Assembly: GCA_037137395.1 (NCBI GenBank)
Contig: JBAXKK010000052.1
Coordinates: 1-18,547, forward strand
Direction: 5' to 3'
Origin: Elusimicrobiota bacterium
GTDB taxonomy: Bacteria; Elusimicrobiota; Elusimicrobia; Elusimicrobiales; UBA9959
DNA length: 18,547 nt
The position numbers and the translations under genes are program-made. The notes beneath the pieces were generated by a model. It was not told the DNA's origin and ran no database searches. It saw only the letters and a program-made list of their open reading frames with translations. Within the stretch, counting starts at the first letter, position 1. Each line of letters starts with the position of its first letter. Shown here in pieces: positions 9,049 through 16,550 of the stretch.

Positions 9049-10668
9049 CTATCCCCGCGCCGCCCTTTCCTGGGCGCCGGTAGAAAACACCTTGTAATCG
9101 ATATGGCTGAAGATATTATCACGCCACTCGATATCAGCAAGATATTTTTCCTCGATCCGATTTCCCATTATCTGCTCATAGAGCCCTATAAAGCGGTTGG
9201 TGTGCTCTATAAAACGCTTGGTGGAATAAGTCTTGGCCGTGCCAACGGTCATCAGGAAAGCCCAATCCGAGGACATACCCAGCACAACCTCTCTGGCGCA
9301 CTGATTAAGCGCGCGTTTAAGGATACCATCGGCGTTCGGGAAGCGGTTGGCCATATTTACCATACGCTCCACTCCTTTATGCAGATGCCGGTACATCCAG
9401 TCGTTGGAAGCATTGAGCCAGACTTCATTGTAGCCTTTGTCCCCCCATGAGGACATGGACGGCTGTATCATCTGGTTGTCGGGGTGCCTTTCCAGATATT
9501 CGCTCGGCGTGATCATCTTGACCGTATTCTGGTCGTAATGAAGTTTTTTGAACAGGTACTCAAGGAAATCGGGACCCTCGTACCACCAATGACCATAAAG
9601 CTCGGCGTCATACATTGATACGACAACCGGCTTTCTGCCGAGAAAATGATTCAGGTGCTCCACCTGGCGCTCGCGGTTAAACATGAAATTACCGGCGTGA
9701 CTGGCGGCCATCTCTCGCGCTTCGGCGGGATTATAAGCGGCCTTCTCGTTTAAGCCTACTTTGCCGGTGATCTTGTAGTATTTCATGCCGATATTGCGCC
9801 TGACGCCGTCCTGGTGCAGATACGGCTTCACATAGTCGTATTCCAGGTCATAGCCAAGATCGCGATAAAATTCTCGGTACCGGTGGTCGCCTGGATACCC
9901 CATCTCGGCGCTCCACACCTGGTGCGCGGATTCCATATCGCGGCTGAAAGCTGCGACGCCGGAAGGGCAATAGACCGGGGCGTACACGCCGTAGCGGGGC
10001 CTGGGACTGCCGTATATTATGCCGTGCGTCTCCAGAAAAAAATACCGGATGCCGTTAGCTTTTAAATAGACTTCGTCGCCCGGGTTATAAGCGCACTCCG
10101 CCAGCCACATACCCCTGGGGCCGCGGCCGAAACGAAGTTTGTAATCATCAGCCGCTATCTTTACCTGAGCGTAAACGGCTTCTTTACGAACCTCAAGCGG
10201 CAGGAAGCCGTGGGTGGCGCCGCAGGTGATGATCTCAAGTTTGCCCATGTCCTGAAATTTTTTGAAGCCTTCCAGGATATTGCCGTGGTAGTAATCCTCG
10301 TAGAGTTCGCGAATGCGCTTAAATTTGCGCTCATACATTTTAGCGACTTCATAAAACTGGGTGTTGCGGTTGCGGATAACTTCCTTTTCCGCGAGTTCAA
10401 GGCGCTGGTTAAAATAGCGGCGGAAGCGTTCGCGCAAAAGGTCGTCCGTCATCATATTGCAAAGAGGCGGGGTCAGCGACATTGTGACGCGGAAATCCGT
10501 ATTCTCGGAGGTTAGCCGCTCGTAGACGTCAAGGAGCGGGATATAGGTTTCGCACATCGCCTCAAAATACCAGTCTTCCTCCAGAAAATCCTCATATTCC
10601 GGATGGCGGATGAAGGGTAAGTGCGCGTGCAAAACCAGTGCAAGGTAACCTTTTTCTTTATTTTCCAT
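9049..10668 (-). CDS. GH57 1,4-alpha-glucan branching enzyme (DUF1957-containing)
   Basis: LVLHAHLPF, ETYIPLL, ATHGFLPL, WLAECAY, YPGDHRYREFYRD, YDAELYGHWWYEG, SSDWAF. SD AAGGA lies upstream. Confidence 0.92.
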   Translation of the reverse strand: MENKEKGYLALVLHAHLPFIRHPEYEDFLEEDWYFEAMCETYIPLLDVYERLTSENTDFRVTMSLTPPLCNMMTDDLLRERFRRYFNQRLELAEKEVIRNRNTQFYEVAKMYERKFKRIRELYEDYYHGNILEGFKKFQDMGKLEIITCGATHGFLPLEVRKEAVYAQVKIAADDYKLRFGRGPRGMWLAECAYNPGDEVYLKANGIRYFFLETHGIIYGSPRPRYGVYAPVYCPSGVAAFSRDMESAHQVWSAEMGYPGDHRYREFYRDLGYDLEYDYVKPYLHQDGVRRNIGMKYYKITGKVGLNEKAAYNPAEAREMAASHAGNFMFNRERQVEHLNHFLGRKPVVVSMYDAELYGHWWYEGPDFLEYLFKKLHYDQNTVKMITPSEYLERHPDNQMIQPSMSSWGDKGYNEVWLNASNDWMYRHLHKGVERMVNMANRFPNADGILKRALNQCAREVVLGMSSDWAFLMTVGTAKTYSTKRFIEHTNRFIGLYEQIMGNRIEEKYLADIEWRDNIFSHIDYKVFSTGAQERAARG

Positions 10669-10784
10669 CGGTCCTTTTGTGGAACTGCTAAGATTGTTCG
10701 ATCTTTAAACGACCAGTCAGTTAATCAAATCAATTTTACAGCTGACGAGCTGATTATCGATCCGGTTGTAGTATTCGTTTACTA

Positions 10785-11639
10785 TTACGAAGTCTTTCTG
10801 GTAACCACGATTGAAATCTGACGGGAATCGGACTCGTCTTTCGACACAGCCTTAACCGGCAGGTCCATATTTCCGTCAGGCAGCGCGAAGCGCATGGAGA
10901 AAGTACCGTCCTGATTCAGCGTGACCTTGCGCCCGGCGACGGTAACAGAAGCGTCCGGTTCCGTGGCCCCGTAAAGGATCAATTCGCAGTCGGCCACCAG
11001 CCAGAATTTTTTCTCAGCGGCTGCCGGCCTGACCAGCGTCTGAGAGGACATGGAGCTGACGCCCCAGGATGAGGCTCTGGAGAATACCGAGCGAAGCATT
11101 TCCCAGCGCTGCGCCAGAGATTTGGCGACCTCGCCTGAACTTTTACCCGTGTACTCAACTCCTGAGATCTGCAGGAGCTTGTCAAACTCGGTGGAGACCG
11201 ACATCCACTTCTCATCCATGACTTCTGAAACCCGGCTGGTCGGAAGATTTACGGTATTGGTTTTCACTATGCCGATAAACCGGCCGTCCGGCAGGACAAG
11301 GCCAACCTCGCAGCAGTAAGTCCGGCCGCCATCCTGGACGTTGATATACCAGCTCCTGGCGTCGAGCATCGCCGGGATGTCAAAATACTTCTGCCCATCT
11401 CCGGCGCCCTGACTGACGTCGTAGACGCGGATCACATGGCGTGCCTTTTCAAAAACATCGTGTCCGTGTTCGCGGGCTATATCGGCTTTGGAATTGTCGG
11501 TTATTTCCCAATAGATAAACATCCAGTTGGGATCGCGCGGCAGCAGGGCCGCCTCGGTATTGCCATAAGACTCCGGCAGCGATTTATAGTCGGAATCGGG
11601 CTTATTGTTCTTATTGTTCAACTGCCCTGATGACGTCAT
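10785..11639 (-). CDS. DUF4912-domain protein
   Basis: LPESYG..LLPRDPNWMFIYWEI, RVYDVS, SWYINV, and C-terminal FWLVADCELILYGATEPDASVTV...DGTF..RFALPDG. The ATG at 11639 follows SD-like AGGGGGG. It sits directly upstream of a GH57 branching enzyme, a common arrangement. Confidence 0.85.
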   Translation of the reverse strand: MTSSGQLNNKNNKPDSDYKSLPESYGNTEAALLPRDPNWMFIYWEITDNSKADIAREHGHDVFEKARHVIRVYDVSQGAGDGQKYFDIPAMLDARSWYINVQDGGRTYCCEVGLVLPDGRFIGIVKTNTVNLPTSRVSEVMDEKWMSVSTEFDKLLQISGVEYTGKSSGEVAKSLAQRWEMLRSVFSRASSWGVSSMSSQTLVRPAAAEKKFWLVADCELILYGATEPDASVTVAGRKVTLNQDGTFSMRFALPDGNMDLPVKAVSKDESDSRQISIVVTRKTS

Positions 11640-11794
11640 GATTTCCCCCCTAAACGTGTATAGGTCGCGCCCGGCGCGGGATCCGGCATTTTGCCCCCGC
11701 CCGAACGGCAACAACTTCTATTCAAAACATATGTTAGCTCAGCCTGAAAAAAGCGTACAATTCTGGCTTTCACGCCAGCCCCACTCCCCTTGTA

Positions 11795-13375
11795 CTATAA
11801 ATTACTATACAAAAATTGACCGTAAAAAAGCAAAAGCACCCTGAAAACATGTTTAGTCACAATTCTTGACTGAAGCTTGTGATCAAATTTTATGGCTTTT
11901 GTTTCAGTAACTACATAAACGCTATACCCTTTAGCAACAGCTTTAGCCGCGTATTTTTTCTCCAGGAACCTGGGCAGGAATGCGCACATATTGCCCAGCC
12001 GCTTACGGATACCCGGTGAAACATTTCCTGTTCCGCTGCTGATAAGTTTCAGCCCCAAAACTTCCGAGGCAACCGCCGCGTCAGGGCCGTAAAAAGCGTA
12101 AACCCGGCCCACCGGAAAAAACATTATGACCGGCCTTTCCCTGAAACATTGCTGCCCGCTTTCTTCAAAATAAAACTCAATCCCGGAAAGAACGCTTTTA
12201 AAAAATACATATTGAGCCGCCAGGTTTGGGAAATAACGCGGCGTAACCAGTTTAGCCACACGGTTAAATTCGCCCATAAACCCGTGCTTCCCGGCCATGG
12301 CGCTTTTTAGTTTGTAAGAATGGGCGTAGTTAAAATGCGCCTGGTAGGAATTAAGGCTGCTGTTGGCTTTTGCCACCACCGTCGGGTTAAATTCTATCGT
12401 GTTGCCTTTTACCGCTATTTTTCCGACCCGCTTCAATTCGCGCTTGAAATTATTTACAACCCTTTTGCGAACCAGCATATAGCCGGGCCGCACAATATAA
12501 CCCAGAAAATCTATCCCGTTTGAGACCGGCGCGATATGCTGTTTTTGCGGGTGTATCGTCAATTCCAGATTTTTACCGACAAAATCCGCTATTTTTTCGC
12601 GCCATAAAGCCAGCTCCCCGCTGTTTTCGGAAAAAAGAATAAAATCATCGACATAACGGATATAGCGCTTAACCTTTAACTCGCGCTTAACAAACTGGTC
12701 CAGCTCGTTTAAATAAACATTGGCGAAAAACTGGCTTGTAAGGTTTCCTATAGGCAGACCGCGTTTGGCGACGGCGTTAAACAGCGTTTTATGCGGCGGC
12801 AGCATTTTAAGCAGCCCCGCGGCACCCCTGAAAATATAATTCCGGGTGCAGTCGTTGTTTATTATCGTCTCCGCAAGCCACAAAGCATCCGGGTGGGAGG
12901 TCCCGCGCTTTATCAGGTTTAAAAGTATGGCTTTATCTATGCTGACAAAATAATTCCTGATATCCATCTGCAGATAAAACGCGCGCCTGGTGCCGTTTGC
13001 CGTAACCTGGCGCGTCAATGTCTGACACCGCTCCACACCTTTATGAGTTCCCTTCCCTTTTCTGCACGCGTAGGAGTCAAAGATAAATTTCGGCTCAAAT
13101 ATTTTCTCAAGATAATCCACTAAAACATGATGGATAATCCGGTCTTTGAAATCGGCGGCAAAAATCTCCCTGAATTTAGGCTTTTTAACCACAAAACAGA
13201 CAGAACGGGCTGGCTGATACGACCTTGTTTTCAGCTCCCTCTCCAGGCGGACCAGATTCTCCTCCAGATTAATCTCAAAGCGCAGCGCGTTGATGGTATT
13301 CCTTTTTCTTTCGCGGCATTTAAGATAACATCTGTGGATATTGGAGAATGAAAACAAGTCGTCTTTGTTTTTCAC
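11795..13375 (-). CDS. DGR reverse transcriptase with C-terminal MutS domain I-like extension
   Basis: KPKFREIFAADFKDRIIHH, DSYACRKGKGTH, QMDIRNYFVSID, DGR-type GLPIGNLTSQ, catalytic YVDD (12644-12655), GIDFLGY. The start is uncertain: GTG at 13375 (overlapping the TR-frame TGA) or TTG at 13393. Confidence 0.95.
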   Translation of the reverse strand: MKNKDDLFSFSNIHRCYLKCRERKRNTINALRFEINLEENLVRLERELKTRSYQPARSVCFVVKKPKFREIFAADFKDRIIHHVLVDYLEKIFEPKFIFDSYACRKGKGTHKGVERCQTLTRQVTANGTRRAFYLQMDIRNYFVSIDKAILLNLIKRGTSHPDALWLAETIINNDCTRNYIFRGAAGLLKMLPPHKTLFNAVAKRGLPIGNLTSQFFANVYLNELDQFVKRELKVKRYIRYVDDFILFSENSGELALWREKIADFVGKNLELTIHPQKQHIAPVSNGIDFLGYIVRPGYMLVRKRVVNNFKRELKRVGKIAVKGNTIEFNPTVVAKANSSLNSYQAHFNYAHSYKLKSAMAGKHGFMGEFNRVAKLVTPRYFPNLAAQYVFFKSVLSGIEFYFEESGQQCFRERPVIMFFPVGRVYAFYGPDAAVASEVLGLKLISSGTGNVSPGIRKRLGNMCAFLPRFLEKKYAAKAVAKGYSVYVVTETKAIKFDHKLQSRIVTKHVFRVLLLFYGQFLYSNL

Positions 13376-13484
13376 GCGCCGGCGCGGACGCAACGGACGT
13401 AGTTGTTGTTGTTCTTATTGTCGTTGTTCACGTTGCCATTGTTGAAGTTCACGTTCCACGCGTTGTCGGAATTCGGCACATTAG
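13372..13484 (-). repeat. DGR template repeat (TR)
   Basis: AAY-codon-rich, ungapped 113-bp homologue of 14075-14187. In the VR frame it reads NVPNSDNAWNVNFNNGNVNNDNKNNNNYVRCVRAGA*. Confidence 0.97.
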
Positions 13485-13583
13485 CCCCCGCACTTTCCCG
13501 CCGTTTTTTAACAAAACGGGGGACCACCGGTCAACCAATCCTCCATGCAGGCCGGAAGGGTATTCCTGAATAACATACCCGGA

Positions 13584-13994
13584 TTACATCCCGGGTGGCT
13601 GGGGCGCCCCGTGAATATGAGCTCGCTCCCTGTCCGCCTTAGGCGGACGGGGATTCTGGCTCCTCAGCCAACCATCGTTCTGTCCTGAGATTTCGATCAC
13701 CATTTTTATCAAACACTCAAATGAATTGAAGTTGGAAAATACCTTTAATTCCTTCGCTATCCTGGTCAGTATTTTCAGTTCTTCAAGCGATTCCCTGATC
13801 TCTGTCAGCGATCCTCGCTTATCCTGCTCCACATTAGCCCGCACAACCAGAATAAGAATCTTATGGGCTAAAGCCCTTATTTCAGAACCTATGGTATATT
13901 TATGGTATCTTGGAAACCCCCTGACGATTGTTTCCACATACACAGCCATGTCCATCGCTTTTTTATATATCGGAAGGTGTTCATATTGAGCCAT
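13584..13994 (-). CDS. avd: Avd-like accessory variability determinant (four-helix bundle)
   Basis: LPIYKKAMDM...FPRYHKYTIGSEIR...LEELKILTRIAKEL...EISGQNDGWL. It lies between VR and TR. The start is the ATG at 13994 or at 14012. Confidence 0.88.
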   Translation of the reverse strand: MAQYEHLPIYKKAMDMAVYVETIVRGFPRYHKYTIGSEIRALAHKILILVVRANVEQDKRGSLTEIRESLEELKILTRIAKELKVFSNFNSFECLIKMVIEISGQNDGWLRSQNPRPPKADRERAHIHGAPQPPGM

Positions 13995-14026
13995 AGTTAG
14001 CCTGATGGGCATAGCCTAGTGACTTC

Positions 14027-14051
14027 TTCCAAGGGGGCGGCCCCCTTGGAA
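14027..14051 (-). promoter_or_regulatory. DGR target-recognition hairpin/cruciform downstream of VR
   Basis: ttccaaggggg-cgg-cccccttggaa, a perfect 11-bp stem with a 3-nt loop, 23 nt past the target stop codon. No U-tract follows. Confidence 0.8.
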
Positions 14052-14074
14052 CCCCCAAATTACCGAATATAAGA

Positions 14075-14187
14075 TCACGGGCCGGCGCGGACGCAACGGA
14101 CGTAGTTGTTGCCGCCCTTATAGCCGGCGTCCACGGCGCCATTGTAGAAGCGCACGATCCACGCGAGGCCGGAATCCGGCACATAAG
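14075..14187 (-). repeat. DGR variable repeat (VR) at the 3' end of the target gene
   Basis: Encodes YVPDSGLAWIVRFYNGAVDAGYKGGNNYVRCVRAGP*. It differs from TR at 20 adenine positions plus one G>C near the 3' end. Confidence 0.97.
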
Positions 14188-14836
14188 TGGTGCTGGACCA
14201 GTAATAATCACTCACAGTATTCGGAAAATATGTGGGGTCTATGGCAGGACGCTGGTTCTCATAATTCACGATGCTCATCAGCTCTCTGATATTGGGCAGA
14301 CGCCAGTCTGAATAGCCGGCAAAACTTGATGCGCCTTGTAAGCCTTGACAATATGCCCCGGCAGTTTCCCAGTCGGTACCGGTTCCGCTATTACACCCTG
14401 CGGCACTGCCGTCTTGCGCCCACATAAGGCCTGTCCTATTGTCAATTGTTACAGCATCACCATTGATAGTACTTGATGAATAACTTAGCTGAGCTCCAGA
14501 CACAATACCAGCATCATCGGTAAATGTGGTGGCAAAGCTGGTTGTTTGACCGGTGTCGGGTAACTCATGGCTTGAACCGCCGCCTGCGCCTGCGTATGTC
14601 CCGGTTATGCCGAATATAGTGGTGCTGACCGCGATATTCTCCGCTTTCAAATCCGGGTCCACGGCTGATAGCGTAGTGGTCGAGTAATAACCGGCCATCA
14701 CCGTTTCAGTGCTGGCGTCCAGCGCAACCTTTTTAGCGCCAAGGATATGCGTTGTGCCATCAGCAGCATAAGCGCCGCCGACCAGGCAGGTGAACAAAAT
14801 CATAGGCAATAGCGCGCTTTTACTTGTTTTTAACAT
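14075..14836 (-). CDS. Secreted DUF1566 (Lcl C-terminal / C-type lectin fold) DGR target protein
   Basis: Sec-type signal peptide ending GGAYA, then LPDTGQT, IDNRTGLMW, GYSDWRLPNIREL, YYWSSTT, AW.V.F..G, YVRCVR. SD AAGGAG overlaps the upstream stop codon. Confidence 0.92.
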   Translation of the reverse strand: MLKTSKSALLPMILFTCLVGGAYAADGTTHILGAKKVALDASTETVMAGYYSTTTLSAVDPDLKAENIAVSTTIFGITGTYAGAGGGSSHELPDTGQTTSFATTFTDDAGIVSGAQLSYSSSTINGDAVTIDNRTGLMWAQDGSAAGCNSGTGTDWETAGAYCQGLQGASSFAGYSDWRLPNIRELMSIVNYENQRPAIDPTYFPNTVSDYYWSSTTYVPDSGLAWIVRFYNGAVDAGYKGGNNYVRCVRAGP

Positions 14837-14845
14837 ATTATCTCC

Positions 14846-16501
14846 TTAAATAGTAACGGTCCAACTACCGTTGCCGCCCAGTATTGCCCACTCTGTACCG
14901 CTAATCAGCCGTAATGTTATGGTGGCATAGGTTTCAGCCGCCACATTGTTATATATCGTGCCGCCCGCTGCTGAGTCCGCTATAGTGTAGCCGGTACCCG
15001 CCGCTATTATAACCGCGCCCGCACCCGCTTTAACAATAGTGATCGTGGCGCCTATATCCGCGCCGCTCTCTGCCGGCAAGGTGATTGTCGCGGCGGCGGT
15101 GACGGTTATGGTTTTACCGAAGTCGGTTGAATCAAGCGGTGTGCTGGCCGCCACGGAACGTACCGCGGACTTAAGGTCTGCCTTCAGACCCAGCGCCGTC
15201 AGCGTGGTCGTAGATATGGGTTTGTCCAAATCGGACGTGTTATCTACATTACCAAGCCCCAATGCCGCGCGCCCATCAGCCGCCACAAGATTTACAGCGG
15301 TGCCTGTCCAGTAAATATCCGCGCCGCCGCCAGCCGCGACTGCGCTAGTGCTGACGGTGCCGTCCGCCCATCTAACGCCCCCGTCCGCCAGGTAGAGGCC
15401 CGAAGACAGATACAGCGCGTAGTTGGCAGCGTCAGGCACGGCGGTGAAGGTGGACTTCAGGACACCTGAACCGAATTGTAATGCCGTACCATTACCGGCG
15501 GGCGCGAGGTAATCAATCCCGGCTACCGCGATACTTGGCGCGCCTGTTGTTGTGGTGTTCTTTAAGATGCCGGTGGCAAGGCCGGACAGCGCCACGCCGT
15601 TTATTCCCTTTACAGTAAGCGCCGTGGCCCCGGTGGCGTCGCCAGTGTGCGTGGCGTTTGTCACCTTTGACGTGTTGGCTTCAATAGCTGATATATGCGC
15701 CGCTGTGGCATATCCGGCGTTTAAACTGGTTGCGGCCGGCATTGAGATTACAGGGGCCGTCCCGCCGCTGGAAACGACAGGCGCGGTGCCGGTTACACCG
15801 GTTACCGTGCCGTTGCCTTTACCCACCATGTTTCCGTCTAACTTATTAATAGCCGTAAGGATCGTGTCGGTTGAGGTAATCGTCCCCGCGCCGGATGTGT
15901 AGCCTGTGATCAGCTTCCCGGTGACGGCGGCATCGGTAAAATCTGCCGATGGCAAAGCGGCGTCTGCTTTGGTGCCCTGCGCGGCGGTGGCATAAGCGCC
16001 CGTCGCCGTAAATGCAGCCGTGCCAAGGGTGCCTGTGATACTGTTCAAGTTAGCGATCGTCGCGGTTAAACCTGTGAGATTTGTGGCTGTAGCCGCGGTT
16101 GAACTGTTTAAAGCATACAAAGCGTAAACCGAGGGAACCATCCTGTAGCGGGGCAGCATCTCGCTATCGGTGCCGACTGTAACGCCAAGCCAATAGCCGA
16201 CCGAGAAGTCTACATTTAACGGTGTAACCTCGCCCAGCTGCACGCTATAGATGCCGTAACTGTCCGGGGTTACGATTTGGGTTTCAGTCCACGAAGATAT
16301 AACGCCGCTTGCGCTTGTATAAAGTCTGAACACCATAGGCACGGCGTTCGTAACCGCTTTGCCGCTCGCGTCGGTAAGTTTCCCCTGAAAATTTATCAGT
16401 TCAGGGACAGCCGCCCAAGCCGGCGTGACCAATGCTGCCAGGATTATTAACAGCCCGGCCCGCGCAGCCTTTAATATCATTGTCTTCATATTGTTTTTCA
16501 T
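14846..16501 (-). CDS. Secreted mosaic phage-tail-fibre-like / adhesin protein
   Basis: Signal peptide ending AWA. N-terminal VPELINFQGKLTD...WTETQ...YWLGVTV...MLPRYRM..VYALYA domain, followed by a T/A/G-rich shaft with fibre-like motifs (GTAAFTATGAYATAAQGTKADAA, TVTGVTGTAPVVSSGGTAPVISM, GGVRWADGTVSTSA, LGLGNVDNTSDLDKPIS) and a beta-rich C-terminal domain. SD GAGG. Confidence 0.75.
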   Translation of the reverse strand: MKNNMKTMILKAARAGLLIILAALVTPAWAAVPELINFQGKLTDASGKAVTNAVPMVFRLYTSASGVISSWTETQIVTPDSYGIYSVQLGEVTPLNVDFSVGYWLGVTVGTDSEMLPRYRMVPSVYALYALNSSTAATATNLTGLTATIANLNSITGTLGTAAFTATGAYATAAQGTKADAALPSADFTDAAVTGKLITGYTSGAGTITSTDTILTAINKLDGNMVGKGNGTVTGVTGTAPVVSSGGTAPVISMPAATSLNAGYATAAHISAIEANTSKVTNATHTGDATGATALTVKGINGVALSGLATGILKNTTTTGAPSIAVAGIDYLAPAGNGTALQFGSGVLKSTFTAVPDAANYALYLSSGLYLADGGVRWADGTVSTSAVAAGGGADIYWTGTAVNLVAADGRAALGLGNVDNTSDLDKPISTTTLTALGLKADLKSAVRSVAASTPLDSTDFGKTITVTAAATITLPAESGADIGATITIVKAGAGAVIIAAGTGYTIADSAAGGTIYNNVAAETYATITLRLISGTEWAILGGNGSWTVTI

Positions 16502-16550
16502 ATATATATTCCTCTATTCCTTAATCTCCCAAAAGCTCGTAAAACCAAGT

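Larger units (their letters stand above)
11795..14836 (-). mobile_element. Diversity-generating retroelement: target(VR)-hairpin-avd-TR-RT
   Basis: All components are co-oriented and the TR/VR pair shows adenine-specific mismatches (see the individual features). Confidence 0.97.

Noticed and set aside
10680..10780. Possible further 8-mer array (gctgacga gctgatta) between DUF4912 and GH57
   Set aside because: Too few and too degenerate units to support by eye.
11795..13393. RT as a group II intron, retron or CRISPR-associated RT
   Set aside because: It has the GLPIGNLTSQ signature, an adjacent avd and an A-specific TR/VR pair. No intron domain V/VI, retron VTG motif or cas genes are visible.
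13348..13569. Plus-strand 73-aa Val-rich ORF
   Set aside because: It is the antisense shadow of the AAC-rich TR (GTT codons).
13584..14012. Four-helix-bundle gene as a 23S rRNA intervening-sequence protein
   Set aside because: There is no rRNA here, and its position between VR and TR fits Avd.
14846..16501. Prophage tail gene, or a second DGR target
   Set aside because: It has a signal peptide, no other phage genes lie in the window, and I saw no TR-homologous segment in it or elsewhere by eye.
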